Source: Verrucomicrobiota bacterium
GTDB lineage: Bacteria > Verrucomicrobiota > Verrucomicrobiia > JAWXBN01
Assembly (NCBI GenBank): GCA_034440155.1
Contig: JAWXBN010000011.1
Span: 1 to 57,818, forward strand
Direction of reading: 5' to 3'
DNA: 57,818 nt
The translations under genes were made by a program, and so were the position numbers. Positions 1 through 9,384 of the stretch are shown one piece after another. Under the pieces are notes generated by a model. The model was not told the DNA's origin and searched no databases. It saw only the letters and a list, made by a program, of their open reading frames with translations. Numbering within the stretch: the stretch's first letter is position 1; each line of letters starts with the position of its first letter.

Positions 1-960
1 ATTCTCGGGGTGGCTAAAACTGCCACCCAAGACGAAATAAAAAAAGCTTTCCGTAAGCTTGCCCGCCAGTTTCATCCTGATGTCGCCAAGGACAAGAAAA
101 TGGCGGAAGAGAAATTTAAGGAAATCAATGAAGCCTACGAGGTTTTGAGTGACGCCGGGAAAAGAAATAAATATGATACGTTAGGGCCTGACTGGCAAAG
201 TGGGGGGATGGGTGGATTTGGCGGGGCTCCCGGCTCCGGTGGGATGAGAGGGCCAGGACGTCCACGCACCGCCCAAGGCCCAGGCGGTTTTGAGTACCAT
301 TTTAACGGAACAGGATTCAGCGACTTTTTCGAGCAGATGTTTGGAGGATCCCGTGGTGGATTTGGCGGTGAGGATGATGAGGCTATCCGCGGAGGAGGAT
401 ATGGAGGAAGGGGAGGGTATTCTGCCGAGGGTAATGATATCGAAGGTGATATCATGGTGACTCTAGAGGAGGCCCTGAAAGGTTCAGACCGACTGGTAAA
501 GGTGCAGAAGACAAATCCTCAAACAGGGGAGGTAACCCCCGAAACTTTCCAAGTCAAAATCCCGGCAGGAGTCAAGGAAGGCCAAAAGATACGCTTGGCT
601 GGGCAGGGGGGCAAAGGAGTCGGGCGAGGAAAATCAGGAGATCTCTATCTTCGTGTCCGGTTTACAAAGCATCCAGACTTGCGAGTGCAGGACTCGGATA
701 TCTATTATGATTGTGAACTGATGCCGTGGGCCGTGGTACTCGGTGGAGAAGCTGAAGTCCCCTTGATCGAAGGCCGCGTCTCCGTAAAAATCCCCGCAGG
801 GGCTCAACACGGGCAAAAACTCCGGCTCCGGGGTAAAGGCCTACCCAAAGGCAAAGAGGTCTATGGCGATTTTTATGTGGTGATAAATATAGAGGTTCCC
901 AAGACCGCTACGGACGAACAGCAAGAGCTTTGGCGCAAATTGCAGCAGACTTATGAGTAG
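1..960 (+). CDS. DnaJ-family co-chaperone, CbpA-like (J domain, Gly/Phe-rich linker, DnaJ C-terminal domains, no zinc-finger); 5'-partial, runs off the window start
   Basis: Frame 1 is open from nt 1 ([28 protein letters not shown], a J domain with the HPD motif). A G/F-rich linker ([14 protein letters not shown]...) and DnaJ C-terminal beta-domains follow. There are no CxxCxGxG repeats. Stop TAG at 958-960. Confidence 0.85.
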   Translation: MLGVAKTATQDEIKKAFRKLARQFHPDVAKDKKMAEEKFKEINEAYEVLSDAGKRNKYDTLGPDWQSGGMGGFGGAPGSGGMRGPGRPRTAQGPGGFEYHFNGTGFSDFFEQMFGGSRGGFGGEDDEAIRGGGYGGRGGYSAEGNDIEGDIMVTLEEALKGSDRLVKVQKTNPQTGEVTPETFQVKIPAGVKEGQKIRLAGQGGKGVGRGKSGDLYLRVRFTKHPDLRVQDSDIYYDCELMPWAVVLGGEAEVPLIEGRVSVKIPAGAQHGQKLRLRGKGLPKGKEVYGDFYVVINIEVPKTATDEQQELWRKLQQTYE

Positions 961-1131
961 TCAGGTGAGTGCCTCTCATCGCCGTAAGTTAAGGATGGGA
1001 GAGGGATGAATTGACTTTTTTGATATTCTTCCAAGCTGGAATTAGTTTTTCTCAGGAATATCAATATGACACTTGACGGATAATAAAATATGACAAGATT
1101 ATGTAGCAACCCTAGGAGGAATTTTTAATTT

Positions 1132-1641
1132 ATGACGACCCCCCAGAAAACATCGCCAAAAATGAAAAAGGTCGAAGTGGAAACTCTCCTGAAAGCGGGG
1201 CAAAAAGCTCCGGAGTTCAAATCAGTGGATGAAACGGGTGCGCAAATTGCCCTGAAAGATTTCAAAGGAAAGAAGGTGGTCCTTTATTTTTATCCAAAAG
1301 ACGATACACCCGGATGTACCACCGAGGCTTGTGCTTTCAGGGACGGTTTCAAGGAAATCGCCAAAAAGGGGGCTGTGATCCTCGGGGTCAGTCCGGACCC
1401 GGTCAAAGCGCATTTGAAATTCAAAGAGAAATTCAACCTTAATTTTTCCCTCGTCTCGGATGAATCAAAAACCATTTGTGAGGCTTACGGTGTATGGAAA
1501 GAAAAGAGTATGTATGGCCGGAAATATATGGGGGTAGAACGAACCACATTCATCATCGATGAAGTTGGAAAAATTACCAAAATATTCCCTAAAGTCAGTG
1601 TTTCAGTGCATTATGGTGAAGTTCTTGATGCGTTAAACTAA
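1132..1641 (+). CDS. bcp: thioredoxin-dependent peroxiredoxin, Bcp type
   Basis: 169 aa with the active-site block YFYPKDDTPGCTTEAC. AGGAGG lies 12 nt upstream of ATG 1132. An alternative start is ATG 1162. Confidence 0.85.
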   Translation: MTTPQKTSPKMKKVEVETLLKAGQKAPEFKSVDETGAQIALKDFKGKKVVLYFYPKDDTPGCTTEACAFRDGFKEIAKKGAVILGVSPDPVKAHLKFKEKFNLNFSLVSDESKTICEAYGVWKEKSMYGRKYMGVERTTFIIDEVGKITKIFPKVSVSVHYGEVLDALN

Positions 1642-1667
1642 AGAAGACTTGTTTTGACTCGTGAATT

Positions 1668-2549
1668 TTGAAGATTTTCCCAGAATGCTCTCGTACGTGG
1701 GGGCACTTTGTTTATAGCGTTGAAGACATGATTAAGCTTTATCAGAATTCGCAAGATATTCTTTTTACCTGTGGAGGACAGACTGCTGGGCAGTACCGTT
1801 TCACAGTCGCTTACAAGCCCCATTTACATCCGCTGAATTCCCCACGCGGACATTGTGTGAGTTTGGCTGCTCCTTATGATCATAAACACCACAAGGGGGT
1901 GATGTATTCCTTGCGTGCGAAAGGAATGAATTTCTGGGAGGAAATAGAAATCACTCCTGCCGATAAAGTCGGGCGACAACGCCATGATTCATTCGAGAAA
2001 ATCGTTGAGAGTGGTAGGGAAGCCGGATTTGTCGAGAAACTGACTTGGCTTTCGGCTGAATCCTCGGAGATATATTTTACGGAGACGCGTTCGGGTTTTT
2101 GCTCATATGATGGCACACTCTCGGCATTCATTTGGACTTGGAAAACAGATTTAAGCGCACAACGTGACATGATAATGGTGAAAAGCAATTGGAGTGAACC
2201 TCTGCCGAATGGTCAAACGGTCAATTACCACGGGTGAGCAGTCCGGTTTGGCTGGAATTTTGTCGGGACGATCGGTTGGAATATCTTGAAAATGGATGGC
2301 AAGACACTGCCGATGGCCGAGGGAATGGGCAAAAAGGCGCGTTCAGTCGAAATGATCGGAAATATGGACGGAATACACCCGATCCCCAAAGTCAGCGTCA
2401 AAATGCACAATGATAAGGGGTATATGTGTTATGTCCGTGACATGCCCTTTCCGTTTCACAGTCTCGGGCCGACAAATGAATCCGAGGTTATCTTGAAAAA
2501 AGGTGATAAAATCGAGGATCACTATCAAGTGAGAGTCCAAGATTTGTAA
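1668..2549 (+). pseudogene. DUF6807 / PmoA-family protein interrupted by an in-frame TGA (ORFs 1668-2237 and 2286-2549)
   Basis: The two ORFs share a frame and are separated only by TGA at 2235-2237. Read through, the sequence looks like one domain (KPHLHPLNSPRG, PYDHKHHKG, FWEE, NYHG*AVRF, KKGDKIEDHYQVRV). The likely true start is ATG 1728 (MIKLYQ). There is no SD before the TTG at 2286. Confidence 0.5.
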
Positions 2550-2587
2550 TCGTTATTTTACGAAGTCTTATTTTTGCTGAATGGGGA

Positions 2588-3271
2588 TTACTTTAAACGG
2601 TCGCCGAAAAGAGAGGTTCCTATACGTACGATGGTAGAGCCTTCTTCGATGGCCACAGTGAAATCCCCGCTCATGCCCATGGAGAGGACAGGCAGTTGAT
2701 AACCGAGATGGGATTCTAATCTGTCGCGCAAATTGCGCAGATGAGCGAAATAAGGCCTAGCTTTTCCTGGATCATCGGAGTAGGGAGCCATGCACATGAG
2801 CCCATGCAGTTCCAGCCGAGGCATTTCATTGACTGCTACAGCAAGTTGCTCCAGGGAATCAGGTTTCACCCCAAATTTAGTCGCCTCACCGGCGACATTT
2901 ACCTCGACGAGTACTTTTTGGTTTTTAGCGGCTTTTTCTGCACATTGATGGATCTCAGAGGCGAGATTTAGGGTGTCCACGGAATGGATTAATTCAGCAA
3001 ATTGCACAGCTTCCCGGGCTTTGTTTGACTGGAGATGTCCGATCATATGCCAGCGGATGCTTGAGGGAAGAAGGGGGACTTTAGTTTTGAGTTCTTGAAT
3101 TTTGCTTTCCCCGAAATCCTTAATTCCACTACGATAAGCATCTTCCATGGCATCAAGGGCAATCTTTTTACTGACGGCTAAAAGGAGGATATCATCCGAG
3201 GAACGACCAGATTTTGAGGCTGATTGGGCAATTTGCGCGTGGATAGAGTCTATTCTTTCTTCCAAAGTCAT
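2588..3271 (-). CDS. yggS: YggS-family pyridoxal-phosphate homeostasis protein
   Basis: 227 aa. PLP-Lys context LLAVSKK, then HMIGHLQSNK and a C-terminal GMSGDF...IVRIGTSLFG, typical of the YggS/PROSC fold. Confidence 0.9.
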   Translation of the reverse strand: MTLEERIDSIHAQIAQSASKSGRSSDDILLLAVSKKIALDAMEDAYRSGIKDFGESKIQELKTKVPLLPSSIRWHMIGHLQSNKAREAVQFAELIHSVDTLNLASEIHQCAEKAAKNQKVLVEVNVAGEATKFGVKPDSLEQLAVAVNEMPRLELHGLMCMAPYSDDPGKARPYFAHLRNLRDRLESHLGYQLPVLSMGMSGDFTVAIEEGSTIVRIGTSLFGDRLK

Positions 3272-3367
3272 AAGGGTACTGTAGATTAAATCAGGACAGA
3301 AGGGGAGTAATTTTCATGACCTAGATCTTGCGCTCTGTGTCTGGAATGCCTAGATTCTGCCTCAGTC

Positions 3368-4537
3368 ATGCCGACATTAACAAACCAGATGGAACAGGCC
3401 TCAACAAATTTAGCCGGATCATTCAAAATCGATGATCTACCGGTTTCGGCCCAGTTAGGAAGGACTATTGAAGCAATCCGGGATTTTACTACAATCCAAG
3501 TATGGTTTGATTTCTTTCAGATTTTTACGCTCGGTCTACTATTGGGATTACTTATTGTCTGGTTTTCCGACTATCTCATGAGGTTTTTTGTTTCACATGA
3601 AAGAACTCGTCTTAGCAGGGATATTGTAAAAGCGGTCCGTTGGCCGCTGGCTATTCTCGTTTTTTCCTATTTCCTGAGTGTCGGGGTGGATATCCTTTAT
3701 TTGCCAGGGTGGTTATGGAATAGGATTCATTTCACACTTTTCCCGGCGATATACGGATTGGCTTTTCTTATCGGCCTTTTCCGGATGATTGATGTAGGTG
3801 CGGATATTTACCTGAAAACACAGAATGTTGAGGAATCAGATATTGATGAACAACTTGTTCAGCTTTTGGTTAATATACTCAAGGTGCTAGTGATCTTGAT
3901 TGTCGGGGTATTTATTATTAATGCCATTGTGGGGTTGGATAAAGTTATTCCCCTTTTAACTGGTTTGGGATTTCTAGGGGCTGCATTGGCACTTGCGGCT
4001 CAACATACCTTGGCCAATGTTTTTGCCTCTATTTCGATCCTTTTTGACCGGATTTTTAAAGTAGGAGACAGGATTCGTTTTGGGGATTATGACGGGTTTG
4101 TGCTCAAGACTGGGTTGCGCAGTATCAAGCTTTCTGCCATGACGGGAGAAATAGTGACATTGCCGAACCGTGAAATTGCTGACCGCCAAGTCCGGAATTT
4201 GACGTCCAAAGGAGCCAGCTTAATCGACCTCGCCATCGGCTTGCCGTATTCGGCCTCAAGGAAGGATATTGAACGTGCAATTGCTGTCCTCAGTACTATT
4301 TATGAAGCTCATCCACAGGTCGTCAGACATACTACCCTTTTTTCAAAACTGGGCGATTACAGTTTGGATTTGAAGAGTTTTCTTTACGCAAAATACAAAA
4401 ATTCTGGGGAATTTAGCCGGATTGTTTCCGAGCTGAATTTGGAAATTAAGGAAAAATTTGATGAAGCAGGATTATCCTTTGCTTTTCCTACACAAACGAT
4501 AGAAATTAGCAGATCTGTAGCAAATAATAAGGTTTAA
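3368..4537 (+). CDS. mechanosensitive ion channel (MscS family)
   Basis: 389 aa. N-terminal TM helices are followed by the MscS pore/beta-domain block LANVFASISILFDRIFKVGDRIRFGDYDGFVLKTGLRSIKL...GEIVTLPN. Confidence 0.8.
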   Translation: MPTLTNQMEQASTNLAGSFKIDDLPVSAQLGRTIEAIRDFTTIQVWFDFFQIFTLGLLLGLLIVWFSDYLMRFFVSHERTRLSRDIVKAVRWPLAILVFSYFLSVGVDILYLPGWLWNRIHFTLFPAIYGLAFLIGLFRMIDVGADIYLKTQNVEESDIDEQLVQLLVNILKVLVILIVGVFIINAIVGLDKVIPLLTGLGFLGAALALAAQHTLANVFASISILFDRIFKVGDRIRFGDYDGFVLKTGLRSIKLSAMTGEIVTLPNREIADRQVRNLTSKGASLIDLAIGLPYSASRKDIERAIAVLSTIYEAHPQVVRHTTLFSKLGDYSLDLKSFLYAKYKNSGEFSRIVSELNLEIKEKFDEAGLSFAFPTQTIEISRSVANNKV

Positions 4538-4570
4538 TTATTTTCTTTAACGACAAGACAAGGTTTCTGT

Positions 4571-5302
4571 ATGGCAAAACAAATAGTTGAAATGAATGTG
4601 GGAAAAGTCACCCAAGAGGCAGGAGATACAAAAACTTTCCTACTGCGTTGGCCAGAGGGAGTGGATTATGACTTTAAGACTGGTCAATTCATTACTATAT
4701 ACCTTCCTGAAGATCCGAAAATAAAAAGGGCTTATTCCCTGTCATCCTGCCAATATGATCGTGGTTGCTTCGAAATTAGTGTCAAACGTGCCGGACACTT
4801 TGGAGCCCTTCTCAATGATGTGATCAAGGAAGGTTCGAAACTCATGGTGATTCCACCGGTGGGTAAATTCAACCTTCCGGAAGATCCGACAAATGATGTC
4901 GTCATGATTGCAGGAGGGAGTGGGGTCACCCCATTCCGTAGTTTTATCCGCCACATCAACCATGACAAATTGCCTACCCGCGCGGTTCTACTTTACACGG
5001 TGCGGAATCCCTTGGAAATCATTTTTGATGAGGAGTTCAAGCAACTCGCTGTTGCTAACCCAAATTTTGAGTTCAAAGTGACTTGTACACGTGTGACTGC
5101 CGAACATGCTTATACGGGGCCAGTATGGCCCGGGCACATGGGACGGATCAATGCCGAATGGATTAAGGAACAGATCCGAGACCTGACAAAAACAGTTTTT
5201 TACGCTTGTGGGCCAACGGATCTTGTTCTGGCCACAGAGAAACTAGTCGTCGAAGATCTCGGTGTCCCTAAAGCCCAGATGCGCCTCGAAAAGTGGGGAT
5301 AA
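4571..5302 (+). CDS. FNR-like FAD/NAD(P)-binding oxidoreductase
   Basis: 243 aa with the FAD-binding motif RAYSLSS, the NAD(P) motif AGGSGVTPF, and C-terminal YACGP. Confidence 0.75.
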   Translation: MAKQIVEMNVGKVTQEAGDTKTFLLRWPEGVDYDFKTGQFITIYLPEDPKIKRAYSLSSCQYDRGCFEISVKRAGHFGALLNDVIKEGSKLMVIPPVGKFNLPEDPTNDVVMIAGGSGVTPFRSFIRHINHDKLPTRAVLLYTVRNPLEIIFDEEFKQLAVANPNFEFKVTCTRVTAEHAYTGPVWPGHMGRINAEWIKEQIRDLTKTVFYACGPTDLVLATEKLVVEDLGVPKAQMRLEKWG

Positions 5303-5304
5303 CC

Positions 5305-5925
5305 TCAGACTGGGGATGCAGAGCCCTGCTCAAGGGTTGTTACTTGTCCGGATAAACTCGGACTGGCATAACAGTGGGAACCACAAGGCTGTAATCCGAG
5401 GTTCTTAAAAAGTCGCTGGTACATGAGGGTGCTTCTTTTGAGCATGTTTTGGGTGTCGCCGGTAAGGGTTTCATCACTCGCATAGGCTTCAAGAAAAGCA
5501 ATTCCGTCCAAATGGGGAATAAGCACTTTTAATCCTTCTTCTAACACCAGGTCAGGCAGGTAATACAGGATGTCACTGCAAATGATCATGTCATAGGAGC
5601 CTGATAATACACAGGGCGGGGGATGATTGAATTCCCCGAGTACCAGATTCCGCTTTTTTCCAAAATGTGCCACAGCATAAGTGCTCGAATCCATTCCCGT
5701 ATATTGGATTTTAGGGCGCATTTTTTTGAGAATGGGTTGCCACTGTCCCTCTCCACATCCGACATCAAGAATGGTTCTTACCGGGCGTTGGAGGTAATAC
5801 TCGGTTACACCTACGACTAAAGCAGCTTTCCTCATGGCCGTATTACGAGTGCTCACTCTCCGCCCGGGCTGTCGGTACCACTCGTCAAAGTATTTTTTAT
5901 TATAATGTTTTTTGAGATAAGTCAT
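5305..5925 (-). CDS. class I SAM-dependent methyltransferase
   Basis: 206 aa with SAM motif I ILDVGCGEGQW and the post-I/II pattern YDMIICSDILYY. Confidence 0.7.
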   Translation of the reverse strand: MTYLKKHYNKKYFDEWYRQPGRRVSTRNTAMRKAALVVGVTEYYLQRPVRTILDVGCGEGQWQPILKKMRPKIQYTGMDSSTYAVAHFGKKRNLVLGEFNHPPPCVLSGSYDMIICSDILYYLPDLVLEEGLKVLIPHLDGIAFLEAYASDETLTGDTQNMLKRSTLMYQRLFKNLGLQPCGSHCYASPSLSGQVTTLEQGSASPV

Positions 5926-6282
5926 AAATGATTGAATGATTGCACATTAAAAAATTTTGATCTGTCAGTATAAGGTGGTACGACCTTCTCCCTAAATGCT
6001 CTAATTCAAAACAAAAAAATGTCATCAGTACATAAAGAGGTTTGTAAAGAGATTCTCATGGCTGTGCAATCCGGGAAATGACGCGTGGGGTGAAAGGCTT
6101 CCCTACGGGCGGCATCTCTCGGCCCTTTGACTCAAGATCAGCTCCACGATTTTTAGTGAAGAGAATATGACGGAATTAGAGAAAAAGAGGGCGCAAGAAT
6201 CCGTGAGAGGGTTAAATTAAGAAGTGCCTAAATACCGAGTGAATTTATAATCAAGTTTGAACGCGAAACATTAAAGGAAATT

Positions 6283-7083
6283 ATGAGAATCATACGTTAT
6301 CAAGACAGTGATGGGAAAATAGATTATGCTTCAGAGCAAACAGACGGTACAGCCTTTATCATCGAAGGAGATATATTGGGTGAATACAAAGTCTCCACTC
6401 AAAAAGCCAATGTGTGCAAATTGCTTGCCCCGATTATTCCTTCCTCCATTTTCTGCATAGGATTGAATTACAAGCTGCATGCCCAAGAAACGAATGCGAA
6501 AATTCCTGAGGTCCCAGTTGTATTCATGAAAGGAATTAATACCATTCAAAATCCCGGCGATCCGATTCTTTTGCCAACTCACCTCAAAAGTGAACAAGTC
6601 GATTATGAATGTGAACTAGCCATTGTTATTGGTAAAGCGGCAAAGAATGTGAAAAAGGAGGATGCCCTCAAGTATGTGCTGGGATATACATGTGCTAATG
6701 ATGTGAGCGCTCGGGATTGGCAAATCAAATTTGGAGGCACTCAGTGGTGCCAAGGAAAAACATTCGACACATTTTGTCCTATCGGACCGGCGATCGTGAC
6801 AATCGATGAGATTCCTCATCCAAATGATTTATCAATTAAAACAATTGTCAGCGGGAAGACTCTGCAGGATTGGAATACCAATGATATGATTTTTGATGTG
6901 CCCACAATTATTGAGTTTCTCAGTGGGAGCAAAACACTTTTACCGGGCACTTTGATTCTTACAGGTACACCTCATGGTGTAGGTATGGCCAGGAATCCAA
7001 AGCGTTGGCTTAAACAGGGAGATACTGTAACAATCGAAATTGGAAAAATCGGCACATTAAACAATCCCGTCCTAAATGAATAA
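6283..7083 (+). CDS. fumarylacetoacetate hydrolase (FAH) family protein
   Basis: 266 aa with the FAH-fold blocks IFCIGLNY, VDYECELAIVIGK, NDVSARDWQ and LILTGTPHGVG. Confidence 0.85.
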   Translation: MRIIRYQDSDGKIDYASEQTDGTAFIIEGDILGEYKVSTQKANVCKLLAPIIPSSIFCIGLNYKLHAQETNAKIPEVPVVFMKGINTIQNPGDPILLPTHLKSEQVDYECELAIVIGKAAKNVKKEDALKYVLGYTCANDVSARDWQIKFGGTQWCQGKTFDTFCPIGPAIVTIDEIPHPNDLSIKTIVSGKTLQDWNTNDMIFDVPTIIEFLSGSKTLLPGTLILTGTPHGVGMARNPKRWLKQGDTVTIEIGKIGTLNNPVLNE

Positions 7084-7159
7084 TCCATTGGATCAAACGG
7101 AGAAAATGATAGTTTTCCCACTAAGTAGCAAATTGCTTAATACCCGGAATTCCCCCCCC

Positions 7160-9301
7160 CTAGTTTTGTAATAAAGTGAAGCTAATTGTGTCGTTGTCAG
7201 GATGACGCTCTAGCTCGACACCATTTTCAAGAATCTGCATGATAAAATGAATATGATCTCCTTCTTTCCAAGGTAGTTGATTTAGGGGAATCGCGGCCTC
7301 AAGAATATTCTGATGTTTTGCACAGCAAACTGCCTCAAGAGAGAGATAGTTCTCACCGTCAAAACTTATTTGGGTATTAAAGGAGGGATCTAGGTCCCCA
7401 TTTAAATCGAGGGTTAACCGATAGGAGACTGGTTTGATGAATTCAAAGCGCAAATGGCATGGTTTAAATTTAATAAAGTCTAGTGCCAGGAAAAGATGGG
7501 TATGATCGTAGCCAAACCGGATCGAATTAACGATCCTCTCCCCACGGAACATAGCCCCTTTTTCACCACCGGCTTGGAGAAGGCCAGCTCCTTCCCATTC
7601 AGACAGGGATGAAATCGTCCCGTCAATGATTGGGGTCATCATTTGCCGCGGTTGTTGCGCAACTTGCTTTGATTGATCCCGTTGGATAGGGATACTTAAG
7701 ACATGAGGGGGTTCGGCTCCCAGATAACGATAGACATTTTGTAAATGGATCCTGAAGAGTTCATCAAAAAGCATATCACAGTCAGTATTAAAATCAGGTC
7801 CAAACCACCAGAACCAATCACTTCCCTCAGCCGCATAGATCGAGTTGAAGGCTTTTTTCCGTACATCGTCAGGGACATTACCCTCATTGATTCTTTTGAT
7901 CAGGAAATCATGGGTTGCCCCGAGGAGATTCCAAGCGGCATTTTCTTCGTAATCATCGCCGATCCATATGTCAAAATCGCTATTAATCCATGAACCGGTA
8001 TGGAGGGTAGATATGTTTTTTGTTTTAGGGAAAGCCTCGAAATAATCACTTCCACGGACGGTTTTAAGCGTTTTACTGGAGGCAAGGGCATCATAGAACT
8101 TCCTCAGAAATCCTTCGCCCCCGTCAGGGAAATGTTCCCAAGCATTCTCACCATCAAGAATTAAGGCGATCATTTTGTTTGGAAAATCTGTAACTGATCC
8201 AATGTGCTCCATATTGTGGAGGAGGTACTCGGCGGCCTGTTGGGGACTGTTTTTGGATGCGACAAACCCGATAAAGTCGGAGAGGGGACGTTCGCGGAAA
8301 ATAGCATTCACCTTGCTATCACCGTAGGATGCGCTCCATCCTTGGAATAGCTCCAAATGGTCGGGTTTATGACCTCTCCAGGCGGGGTCGTTCTCTAAGC
8401 TGCTAAAAAGGTTGGCTTCGTCGGTACAGAAATACTCGATACCCACTTCTTTCATGAGAGGGATTAATTCCGGGGCGATAGAACCCTCGGAGGGCCAGAG
8501 CCCTCGGGGTTTCCGGCCAAAGACTCGCTCATGTTGTTCTACCGCCAGACGGAGTTGGCTTTCAGCGTCTTCCGGGTGGGAGAAACGTTTGGGCAAATTG
8601 CGTCCTGGCATGCAGCGTTTGGCGAATTGAGTATCGTAGATCAGGGGCAGGATGGGGTGGTAAAATGGGGTGGTGGTCAGTTCAACTTGGCCTTTGGCCT
8701 CGAGTTCTGCATACTTTCTCAAGACCAGCTGCATGATTTCGAGGTGGATGTCTAGAACTTCGTTTTTTTCGTCTTCTGTAAAATCCCGGCCCTTTTTCTT
8801 GAGAGTGGTTAGACGTGGAAAATAATGTTCTGCCCGGTAGCCGCACCAACCTAGGTTATACCAGACTTGCAAATCCAAGAAGTCCTGATTACTCCATTCT
8901 TTGGCAATTTGCCGAGCATTCTCCGGGCTCATGGAAAAGCCGCGTTTTGTGAGGAGTTCATTATAGCGAGGGAACGGGCGGATAAGATTATCCCAGTTTA
9001 TCTTAAAGAAATTATCCAGTAAGATGGCTTTTTCATCCAAAGTTAATTCTCCGGAGGGCTTCCGGGACCATTCCAGCCAAAGATCTTTAACTTCTCCAGA
9101 TGTAATCTCGACAATTTGTTTTACCAAGACAGGGGTCAGGTTGAAATTCATCCGACAGGCAGGGTAATCCTCCAAGAGGGTGATCATATCGAAGTATCCC
9201 TTGACTGAGTGGAGGCGTACCCAAGGCATCATGGCTGTTTTTGTCAGGGGATTGACATAATCAGGCTGGTGCATGTGCCAGAGGATAAAAACATTAAGCA
9301 T
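7160..9301 (-). CDS. glycoside hydrolase family 57 (alpha-glucan acting)
   Basis: 713 aa. GH57 conserved regions are present: WHMHQPDY, the nucleophile region GLWPSEGS, and the acid/base region ILDGENAWEHF. Confidence 0.8.
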   Translation of the reverse strand: MLNVFILWHMHQPDYVNPLTKTAMMPWVRLHSVKGYFDMITLLEDYPACRMNFNLTPVLVKQIVEITSGEVKDLWLEWSRKPSGELTLDEKAILLDNFFKINWDNLIRPFPRYNELLTKRGFSMSPENARQIAKEWSNQDFLDLQVWYNLGWCGYRAEHYFPRLTTLKKKGRDFTEDEKNEVLDIHLEIMQLVLRKYAELEAKGQVELTTTPFYHPILPLIYDTQFAKRCMPGRNLPKRFSHPEDAESQLRLAVEQHERVFGRKPRGLWPSEGSIAPELIPLMKEVGIEYFCTDEANLFSSLENDPAWRGHKPDHLELFQGWSASYGDSKVNAIFRERPLSDFIGFVASKNSPQQAAEYLLHNMEHIGSVTDFPNKMIALILDGENAWEHFPDGGEGFLRKFYDALASSKTLKTVRGSDYFEAFPKTKNISTLHTGSWINSDFDIWIGDDYEENAAWNLLGATHDFLIKRINEGNVPDDVRKKAFNSIYAAEGSDWFWWFGPDFNTDCDMLFDELFRIHLQNVYRYLGAEPPHVLSIPIQRDQSKQVAQQPRQMMTPIIDGTISSLSEWEGAGLLQAGGEKGAMFRGERIVNSIRFGYDHTHLFLALDFIKFKPCHLRFEFIKPVSYRLTLDLNGDLDPSFNTQISFDGENYLSLEAVCCAKHQNILEAAIPLNQLPWKEGDHIHFIMQILENGVELERHPDNDTISFTLLQN

Positions 9302-9384
9302 AAATAAATTCCCTTAGGTGTTTAACTGGATAAATCAAAAGAATTAGCAGTTTTCACGCCGAGAACAAGAAAATGAATATCTTA

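Noticed and set aside
5926-6282. 357-nt ORF-free gap between divergent genes, inspected for a riboswitch, sRNA, SRP RNA or 6S RNA.
   Set aside because: It contains a GC-rich patch (about 6080-6140), but I could not match it to any conserved RNA motif I know. Only 19-20-codon ORFs are present. A covariance-model scan would be needed to settle this.
7152-7160. Homopolymer tracts as phase-variation switches: C9 at 7152-7160, G8 at 14352-14359 inside the LysR gene, and G8 at 24385-24392 inside ptsI.
   Set aside because: C9 lies just outside the GH57 coding sequence, touching only its stop codon. The two G8 runs sit in intact, in-frame housekeeping ORFs, including the PTS enzyme I gene ptsI. Such runs therefore seem to be a general feature of this genome rather than switches. 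Only the C8 at 41415-41422 coincides with a frame break, and that is reported separately.
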